DNA of 64,000 nucleotides from Capsulimonadaceae bacterium (GTDB lineage Bacteria; Armatimonadota; Armatimonadia; Armatimonadales; Capsulimonadaceae): NCBI GenBank assembly GCA_965215505.1, contig OZ244065.1, positions 576,001 to 640,000 of the forward strand, read 5' to 3'. Shown piece by piece: positions 38,425 to 45,510 of this stretch (position 1 is its first letter; each line of letters starts with the position of its first letter). The notes under the pieces were generated by a model. It saw only the letters and a program-made list of their open reading frames with translations, ran no database searches and was not told where the DNA came from. The position numbers and the translations under genes were made by a program.

Positions 38425-38604
38425 GGTCGTTTGCTCCTCTAGTCGTTAGCGATACTTGCGATTTCAATAGTATTATGGCAGGTATCACTAGCATTGTCAA
38501 GGGATTTACTGCACTCGTCAAAAGTATTTTTACAGCCTGCCGAAGTGACACTAGCGACAAGAATAGCGATTGCCGGGTATAATAGCATTCACAGGGGGCA
38601 AGCC

Positions 38605-38844
38605 ATGATCAAGAGCAATCTGCGGCGGCTGCGGTTCGAGAAGGAAGAGCGGGACGGGGTGAAGCTGACTTACGAGAAGTTGACGGAGGAAACCGGGCTT
38701 TCGTCCAACACACTCGCGGCGCTGCTGAAGACGGACCCGATCAAGCGCCTGGACGGCGACACGCTGGGCGCACTCTGCCGCTTCTTTGGCTGCGGCGTCG
38801 GCGATGTGCTGGAGTATGTTCCCGACACGGAGGCAGTCAAGTGA
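38605..38844 (+). CDS. XRE/Cro-C1 family HTH regulator
   Basis: LTEETGLSSNTLAAL...TLGALCRFFGCGVGDVLEY; divergent from the SWIM/Gam operon across an AT-rich spacer. Confidence 0.85.
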   Translation: MIKSNLRRLRFEKEERDGVKLTYEKLTEETGLSSNTLAALLKTDPIKRLDGDTLGALCRFFGCGVGDVLEYVPDTEAVK

Positions 38845-39122
38845 GCGAAGAAGCAAGCAGCGGGGGCGTGACCGTCCCACAGGCCCAGCTTGACCGCTGG
38901 CGGGCCTACGCCGAACAGATGCGGGTGGATCTGCTCAATGTGCGGCAGCTCGTCGCGCGGGGGCAAGGAACGGCCGCCGGCCAGCTCCTCGGCGGGATGC
39001 TGGACAGCACTCTGATCGTCGGCATGACGCTGGACGACGCGGGCGGGAACCGGCCCGGCACGATGCCGCCCCGGCCCACGGGCGCCGCCCGCCTTGCCGC
39101 CCAGCAGGATGCGGAGGAATGA
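38841..39122 (+). CDS. Hypothetical protein (paralog of 39436-39831)
   Basis: GTGA overlap with the XRE gene; alignable to the 39436 ORF. Confidence 0.65.
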   Translation: MSEEASSGGVTVPQAQLDRWRAYAEQMRVDLLNVRQLVARGQGTAAGQLLGGMLDSTLIVGMTLDDAGGNRPGTMPPRPTGAARLAAQQDAEE

Positions 39123-39128
39123 GGAGAA

Positions 39129-39317
39129 GTGATGCTTGACGCGCTGCACAACCGTTTCTTGCTGGCTGCCGCGCTCGTTGCGGGCGGCTTACTCGTGGTC
39201 GCCGCCGTGGTGGGGATCTGGGCGGCCGTTCTGCGGGCGAGGCCGCTGCCGATGACGAACTTCCGGGAAGGCACTCAGGCGGCCCGGCCTCCCACGTCGC
39301 CCAACCCGTCGCAATAG
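39129..39317 (+). CDS. Small single-TM hypothetical protein
   Basis: One hydrophobic helix; GAGGAG RBS. Confidence 0.5.
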   Translation: MMLDALHNRFLLAAALVAGGLLVVAAVVGIWAAVLRARPLPMTNFREGTQAARPPTSPNPSQ

Positions 39318-39435
39318 GCAATAACCGCGCGACGTTGCCCGTACAGGCGTTCTCCCCCGCCGAAGACCCATCCGTAAGCCCCCGGCAGAAACCGACCCAC
39401 AGACCGGACCAGGAAACGAACCAGGAAACCGCCCC

Positions 39436-39831
39436 ATGACTTCTCCCGTCGTTCCCGTCCCCCAAGTCGCCCTCAACGTGTGGCGGATTGCCTGTGACCG
39501 CGCCTGCGCGGATCTGTTCGCCGTCCGCCGGTTGTTCGCGGCGGGCCGTGACTTCGACGCCGACCAGGTGATCGCCCGCATGATCGAGCAGAGCGTCGTC
39601 CTGGGCCTGAGTATGCAGCAGGCCGGCGCGCAGCACCCCTGCCCCGGCATCCGCGCCGAACCCGCCCGGCGGCTCGCCATGCTCCTGCGCGCGGCTCACG
39701 AGACGGCGATTGAGGCGGATGCGGAGGAAGGCGGCGCGGGACTGGCCGACGCCCTGGAACCGCTCCTGGAAGCGGCGGAGCGGGCCGCCGAGGAGTGGGA
39801 GGGGCCGGAGGAACAGGGGCCGACGGACTGA
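39436..39831 (+). CDS. Hypothetical protein (paralog of 38841-39122)
   Basis: VPQVALNVWR...DLFAVRRLFAAG...AGAQHP. Confidence 0.65.
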   Translation: MTSPVVPVPQVALNVWRIACDRACADLFAVRRLFAAGRDFDADQVIARMIEQSVVLGLSMQQAGAQHPCPGIRAEPARRLAMLLRAAHETAIEADAEEGGAGLADALEPLLEAAERAAEEWEGPEEQGPTD

Positions 39832-40073
39832 GGGCCGGGGGCCGGGGGCCGACGGACTGAGGGCCGGGGGCGATGTCACCGCCCCCGGCCCTCCCCGGCG
39901 TCCGCTCCGCTCTGCCTGTCGTCACCGGCAACGCACTCCCCTTGTTCCCCGCCCGGTGCCGTGTCTTGCCCTCCCCGATGAATGCCGGGTTACAAAGAGG
40001 CCGGGTCACAGAAAGAGAGCGCGGCGTCAGCCCGTGCCGGGGGTGTCAGGCCGTGCCGGGGTGGGTAGAGTCT

Positions 40074-40124
40074 CCCGTCATCGCCCGTTGCCCGTCATCG
40101 CCCGTTGCCCGTCATCGCCCGTTG
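40074..40124. repeat. Tandem repeat, 3 x 17 bp (CCCGTCATCGCCCGTTG)
   Basis: Read directly. Confidence 0.9.
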
Positions 40125-40138
40125 CTTGGGAGAACTCC

Positions 40139-40345
40139 GTGAATGAAGAGGACGAACTGAGGCGGCTCCGCTTCCTGAACAGTCAGCGCCTGGGCATGGC
40201 GTCTCGCCTGAGCTGCCTGATTGCCGAGGCCGTGTGCGGCAGTGCCGTACTCGTCACGGCAGAGTCCCGTGAGCTTTGCGCGGCGGCCCGGCTGTTGCGG
40301 GCGGAGGCGGCGCGTCTGCGTCTGCGGCCCCCGGCGACCGACTGA
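40139..40345 (+). CDS. Hypothetical protein
   Basis: GTG start after GGGAG; 68 aa. Confidence 0.4.
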   Translation: MNEEDELRRLRFLNSQRLGMASRLSCLIAEAVCGSAVLVTAESRELCAAARLLRAEAARLRLRPPATD

Positions 40346-40507
40346 ACGCCCTCCCTGCTTCCCCGATTTTTGTCCCTTCCCGGTCTTATTGCCTGTTTGG
40401 CACGGTTTGTGCAGTGTAGCAGGGTGTCACTGAGAGACTCGCCCGAGAATTCAGGCCCGAGAATTCAGGCCCGAGGAACCAGGACACGAACGCTAGGGAG
40501 GGCTATC

Positions 40508-40720
40508 ATGCTCGTTCTCACACGCCGGGTCGGCCAGACCATTATGATCGGCGACCCCAAGAAGCCGGAAGACTGCTACGAGGTACAGGTCGTGGAGGCG
40601 CACGGCGATCAGGTCCGCATCGGCGTCAACGCCCCGCGCGACGTCAGCGTGGACCGCTCGGAAATCTGGGAGCAGAAGAGGCAGGAGAAGCAGGCCGCCG
40701 CCCTGCTCGCCGCCAACTGA
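40508..40720 (+). CDS. csrA: Carbon storage regulator CsrA homologue
   Basis: [16 protein letters not shown]...[27 protein letters not shown]. Confidence 0.9.
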   Translation: MLVLTRRVGQTIMIGDPKKPEDCYEVQVVEAHGDQVRIGVNAPRDVSVDRSEIWEQKRQEKQAAALLAAN

Positions 40721-41048
40721 GAGGACGGACTGACCCGGCGCGGGGTGGTTCGGCGACGCCCCGCCGGGGGTGGTTTTGCCGCCCGGCCAGAAATGCACAC
40801 CGGACAAGCCCGGCGTCACGATTGTCTCCACCCCGGCCCGGAATGTCACCCAAAATGCTACACGTCTAGGCGTCCGCGTGTCTGCAAAGGGAGCGGTGAA
40901 GCTGCGGTCAAGAGGGGGCGATAAATGAAAGAAGCTGATCGGGGTGGTCCGGTGGGGCTGCGAATACTGACACTTTCAAGTCAAAGCCGGTGGCCGCGTC
41001 CGGGGTGGCTGGTTCTACTTAATCAATGCTTGGCCGTTACTCTAAAAC

Positions 41049-41076
41049 ATTTTCCATAATGGCAATTATGTGACTG
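41049..41076 (+). other. dif-like (Xer) recombination site 1
   Basis: ATTTTCCATAA-TGGCAA-TTATGTGACTG (11-6-11 with CATAA-N6-TTATG core). Confidence 0.65.
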
Positions 41077-41157
41077 CATCTCTGCTTATGGAGGCTACTT
41101 TATTGGTTGAGAAAGGCGGTAAAATACAAGATATTTTGGTGGTAGGAGGTAGTTGTC

Positions 41158-41745
41158 TTGCGAATTTGCTTTATTGGAGAGTCGTTCGTGAACGGTTATG
41201 GTGATCCTGATTACCAGGGTTGGCCGGGCAAGGTCTGCGCGGCTGCGAACCGAAGCGGCCATGACGTGACGTGCTACAATCTGGGCATCCGGCGCAATAC
41301 AAGCGACGACGTAGCTGCACGATGGAATGATGAAGCAATGCGCCGTCTTCCGCAAGGGGTAGACGGGCGATTGGTCTTCTCGTTCGGCGCAAATGATACT
41401 GTTATTGAGATTGAGCAGCTACGAGTCAAAAATGACGCCTCTCTTGCCAACTGCCAAAGCATTCTGAGCAAAGCAAAATTGTCGTTCCCTGTCCTCATGG
41501 TTGGACCGCCACCTGTACAAGATGCAGAACACAGTCGAAGGATCGGGCGTTTATCGGCACAGTTTCAACAGGTCTGCCGGGAAATTGATGTTCCCTACTT
41601 GGATGTATTCACCTCTCTAAATGCATCCCCCGTTTGGGCGGCTGAGGTCGCTGCCTATGATGGCGCTCATCCAAAGACAGGCGGTTACGAAGAGTTGGCT
41701 ACACTGGTTAAACAATGGTCGGCTTGGGCAGCATGGTTTCCATAA
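41158..41745 (+). CDS. SGNH/GDSL-like hydrolase
   Basis: FIGESFVNG, NLGIR, FGAND, DGAHP; lower GC. Confidence 0.85.
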   Translation: MRICFIGESFVNGYGDPDYQGWPGKVCAAANRSGHDVTCYNLGIRRNTSDDVAARWNDEAMRRLPQGVDGRLVFSFGANDTVIEIEQLRVKNDASLANCQSILSKAKLSFPVLMVGPPPVQDAEHSRRIGRLSAQFQQVCREIDVPYLDVFTSLNASPVWAAEVAAYDGAHPKTGGYEELATLVKQWSAWAAWFP

Positions 41746-41762
41746 TGGGTATTATGTGACTG
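41735..41762 (+). other. dif-like (Xer) recombination site 2
   Basis: GGTTTCCATAA-TGGGTA-TTATGTGACTG; contains the GDSL gene stop codon. Confidence 0.65.
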
Positions 41763-41926
41763 GGTGCGCTGTTAGAGGAATAGGCGGAAGATCTTCTGCC
41801 TATTGTGCGATTGGCACACGAAACTTCGGCCTACTCAGATGTTAGGCCACTGGGCGTAATCCTATTTTGCTGAATACAGCGACAATTTGGTAGGATTGAC
41901 TTCGGCATATAGCCAATTAAAGAAGC

Positions 41927-42136
41927 ATGAAAAATAATATCATCGCCGCCACAGTTTTGGGCCTCTGCCTCCTAGCCTCTTCCCTAGTTCTGGCTAACAG
42001 CCTACGATATTTAGGCGATAGTATGGCAGATGTAGGGAAGTCCATTAATATTCCGCCTGCCCCGCCGGTCCCTGTTCCCAGCGTAATCACATTACAACCT
42101 GGTGATGATCCCTTTAAATTCAAGCAGGTAAAATAG
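41927..42136 (+). CDS. Small membrane/secreted hypothetical protein
   Basis: 69 aa, N-terminal hydrophobic helix; AT-rich. Confidence 0.55.
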   Translation: MKNNIIAATVLGLCLLASSLVLANSLRYLGDSMADVGKSINIPPAPPVPVPSVITLQPGDDPFKFKQVK

Positions 42137-42716
42137 ACCACCACAGCCAGCGGCCTAACAAGCGGCCTAACAATGCGCTGTAGCCGACCTATGACATCAG
42201 CCCCCTTATCGGCCCCAAACGCCCGTCTAGTGCCTCCCCCGATGGGGGGGCGGGCTGCGCTGTTCGGTTCGCGCCATTCCCTGCCGGTTTCTACTGGTAG
42301 ACGGGGCAATGTTCGCCCTAGACAAGCGCCCCAAGATCAAACGAGCGTTCCCTGTTCTGGCCGCGCCTGGCTGCAACGGAGTGAAAGCCAAGCTGCGGCA
42401 TAATTCCTGCTTTAGCGTCCGAACATACAATTTACGGCCGTTCGTATTTTTGGATCTGTCCGCTACTCTAGCGAAAGATCGTCAACGGCGGTGCGGGCTT
42501 CTTCCACCCGGTCTAATATCTCTTGGAACGCCTCGCCAATTAACGTGTGCCGTGGAAATTAGAGGCGTTCACCAAGTCCCTGACGAACGCCTTTGCTTTT
42601 CTCCCGGTTCCCTTCTCCGAGTGGGGAACCGGACGCGCTTAGTCCGCTCACCCGCGCGCGAATAGGAACGCCCCGCCTCTCGCTGGGAGGCGGGGCGCTC
42701 TGGTGTCAGCCGGACG

Positions 42717-45047
42717 TCAGCGCACCTGTCCTTTTTGCCGCATATAGGTAACGTAGGCATGGCGCTTCAGGGGCGTCATCGCGTCAAACTCCGCCTTGCT
42801 GGTGGGCGCGTGGAACAGGACGCCCTGCCCGTTCACCGTACCCTGGATGACCAGCCCCGACCGAGGCGCGGCGGCCCCCTGCTGCGTGGTCCCGCCCGTG
42901 CGCGCGGCGGACTGCTGCGCCATCTGCAAGAGGCGGGGGGGCAAGGCAACAGAGCCGCCGTGTGACGTGTAGGCCGCGCCAGGCGCATTGGCATCGAAGC
43001 CAGGGACCGGCCCGAGCGAGGCGGGGTAGCGGGCTGCCACCGAGGCGGGAACCTTGACGGCAGCGGGCATCAGGCCACGCCCCGGCTGCGGGCGCATGGC
43101 CGGCGCGACGGTGGCAGGCGGCGAGGCAGGATTGAAGGGCGCGGCGGGTGTCGCCGGGCCGCCCTGCGGGAACTTCAGAGCGTACTGTTGCTGCTGATAC
43201 TGCTGGTCGAACTGTTGCAGCTTCTGCGACTCCAGCCACGCGGGGGTGGCCGGCGGGTTGGGCAGCGGCTTGCCGAAGTTGGGGTTGGGGATGAACCGGT
43301 GCCCGGTCGGGTCGTCCGGGTCGTTCACCGTGTCGCCGGGGTTGGCGTCAATGCGGCCCTGGTCCCGCAGCGACGGGCCGAGGGCGCCGGTGTCGGGGTC
43401 GCGGATCGGGGTGGCGAGCTGGGTCAGCCGCTTGGCGATGCTCAGTCGCTCCTTGACGATCTGCTGATACTGCTTCTCCGCCGTGCCCGCGCTGCCTTGC
43501 CCGTAACGCTGGCTGAACAGCGAAGCGCGCTGCTTGATCTGGTCCTGCCCGAGCTGGTCGCGGAGGTCCTGGCCGCGCTTGGCGAGGGCGTTGTTGGCGG
43601 CGTCAATGGCGAGCCGCGTGTCGGTGTCGAGGTGGGCGATGGTCAGGCGCGTGCCGTCCGTGCGCTTCGCGTCCGTCTCGCGGTTGTCCACGCCGGTTTG
43701 GGCGATCAGGTTGGCGTCGGTCTGCCCCGGCACAATGGCCGAATAGGGACGGCCGTACTTGGCTTCGGCATCGGCGGGATGTGAGGCATAGGCCGTGCGC
43801 TCTGCGGCCTGCATGGCCGGGGACATGGACAGGAACAGTTTCCAGCGCTGGTCCTGCTGCGCCGTGGTTTTCAGGTCCAGCCCCGCCTGGCCCTGGTCGA
43901 GCCGCTGCTGCCCCTGCCCGAGCCGGGCGTCGCCCTGGGCGGAGCGCACGGTCTGGAGCGGCGTGAACCCCTCGTAAGGCAGGCCGTACTCCTGCTGCCA
44001 CTGGTCCGGCGTGGCCTTCATGCTGTCGTGGAGGGCCTGCTGCCCCGCCTGACTCAGCCCCGAAAGCCGGTCGCGCGAGTACGCCTGGGCGCGGAGCATC
44101 TGCGCCTGCTGGCCCGCCGTCTGCGGCTTGTCGGCTTCCGTGACCGGAATGAACTTGCCACTCGGATCGAAGAACTCGGCCTTGACCTGGGCGGGGGTGA
44201 ACCCGGCGGCCATCATCTGCGCGGGGCTGAGGTTGCGGACGATGTTCTCCTGGGTCGCGTCGTCCAGCTTGGCGAGGTTCTGCACGAACGCCGTCCCGGC
44301 CTCGGCCTGGGCGGTCTGGTTCTGGAACTGCTGCTGCCCCTGCTGCTGCTGCCGCGCCTGGTTCTCCAGGTCATTCTGCTTCTGCCCCTGGATGTACTGC
44401 CCTGCGATCTTCGCCCCCGGCCCGCCCATGATGGCCGACAAGACGCCGAGCGCCTGGATCACGCGGTTGTCGTGCTTGGGAAGCGCAGGGACCGGGTTAG
44501 GATTATTATTAGCTTGCGGCGCGGACTGCGGCGTCGCCAGGGCGCGCAGGGCGGCAAGCGGCGACGCCTGGGGCGGGATGGCCGGGTCGGTAGCTGCCTG
44601 CGCCTGGTTCGGCAAGGGGCCGCCCTGTGCCTGGCCTGGCACCATGGGCGCGGGTGCGCCTGAAGGCGGCGCGGCGGGCGCGTTCAGTCCCATCGGCCCC
44701 TGCCCCTGCATCCCGGCCTGCGCCGCCGCGTTCGGGTCTAAGGCGGGGTTGACGCCGAGCGGCCCTGCACCCGGCCCACCGGCCTGCGGCGGGGACTGCG
44801 GTGTCAGCAGCGCGCGCAGTGCGTCCATGCCTTGCGGGCCGCCGGCTGCCGGCGCGGCCTGGTCCGGCCCTGCGCCCGGTGCGCCGGTGGCGGCGAGCTG
44901 CGCGGCCTGGGCATACGGGACGTTGAGCTGCTGGGCGAGCGCGGCAATCGCCGGCGACAAGCCCGGCTGATCCCCCTCATCCAGCGGCTGCGCGCCGGTG
45001 TCGTCGCCGCTCAGGGCGTAGTATTGCGGATCTGCGTCAAGTGGCAA
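42717..45047 (-). CDS. Large Gln/Pro/Ala-rich hypothetical protein
   Basis: TTG start 7 nt after AGGAGG; low-complexity termini, helical core; hairpin at about 42666-42700 downstream. Confidence 0.75.
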   Translation of the reverse strand: MPLDADPQYYALSGDDTGAQPLDEGDQPGLSPAIAALAQQLNVPYAQAAQLAATGAPGAGPDQAAPAAGGPQGMDALRALLTPQSPPQAGGPGAGPLGVNPALDPNAAAQAGMQGQGPMGLNAPAAPPSGAPAPMVPGQAQGGPLPNQAQAATDPAIPPQASPLAALRALATPQSAPQANNNPNPVPALPKHDNRVIQALGVLSAIMGGPGAKIAGQYIQGQKQNDLENQARQQQQGQQQFQNQTAQAEAGTAFVQNLAKLDDATQENIVRNLSPAQMMAAGFTPAQVKAEFFDPSGKFIPVTEADKPQTAGQQAQMLRAQAYSRDRLSGLSQAGQQALHDSMKATPDQWQQEYGLPYEGFTPLQTVRSAQGDARLGQGQQRLDQGQAGLDLKTTAQQDQRWKLFLSMSPAMQAAERTAYASHPADAEAKYGRPYSAIVPGQTDANLIAQTGVDNRETDAKRTDGTRLTIAHLDTDTRLAIDAANNALAKRGQDLRDQLGQDQIKQRASLFSQRYGQGSAGTAEKQYQQIVKERLSIAKRLTQLATPIRDPDTGALGPSLRDQGRIDANPGDTVNDPDDPTGHRFIPNPNFGKPLPNPPATPAWLESQKLQQFDQQYQQQQYALKFPQGGPATPAAPFNPASPPATVAPAMRPQPGRGLMPAAVKVPASVAARYPASLGPVPGFDANAPGAAYTSHGGSVALPPRLLQMAQQSAARTGGTTQQGAAAPRSGLVIQGTVNGQGVLFHAPTSKAEFDAMTPLKRHAYVTYMRQKGQVR

Positions 45048-45091
45048 AGTGAAGCCTCCTTCTGGGTGCAAGAGCAAGATGTGTCGGTCGT

Positions 45092-45111
45092 GTTACCTGC
45101 GTAGGTAACGG
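45092..45111. promoter_or_regulatory. Second copy of the GTTACCTRCGTAGGTAAC palindrome
   Basis: GTTACCTGCGTAGGTAACGG, 19/20 identical to 36620-36639. Confidence 0.6.
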
Positions 45112-45117
45112 GTCGGT

Positions 45118-45441
45118 TCAGTCCAGGAGGGTCGCGCCGGGGAAGGCCGCCTTGACCCGGTGCAGCAGGCGAAGACCTTCCGGTGTGATGTCCAGCAGCG
45201 CGGGCAGTTCACTGGCTTGGTAGACGGTGCGGCGCTCGCCCGGCGCAAGGGCCGCGTTGTCAGCGGCGATCAGTACCTCCTCTAGCAGCACGTCCGAGTA
45301 GACGCGAAGGACCCGGCCCGACGCGGCGAAGTCGGCGACCGTCATCCCGTCAAGCTGCGTGGAGACCGGCTTGACGGCCTCCTGCGCTTCGCTAACTTTG
45401 ACGACACGCAATTCCCGCAGCCGCTCTAATGCGGTGTTCAT
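45118..45441 (-). CDS. Hypothetical protein downstream of the replication gene
   Basis: 107-aa ORF; LHRVKAAFPGA C-terminus. Confidence 0.65.
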   Translation of the reverse strand: MNTALERLRELRVVKVSEAQEAVKPVSTQLDGMTVADFAASGRVLRVYSDVLLEEVLIAADNAALAPGERRTVYQASELPALLDITPEGLRLLHRVKAAFPGATLLD

Positions 45442-45455
45442 TTCTCGCCTTCTGG

Positions 45456-45510
45456 ATACTCAGAATACACACGAATAGCGGTTTTGCCTATTCGTGTGTA
45501 TTCTGAGTAT
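45456..45510. repeat. Perfect 23-bp inverted repeat (9-nt loop), candidate element origin
   Basis: ATACTCAGAATACACACGAATAG / CTATTCGTGTGTATTCTGAGTAT; overlaps the stop of the DUF3987 gene. Confidence 0.9.
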
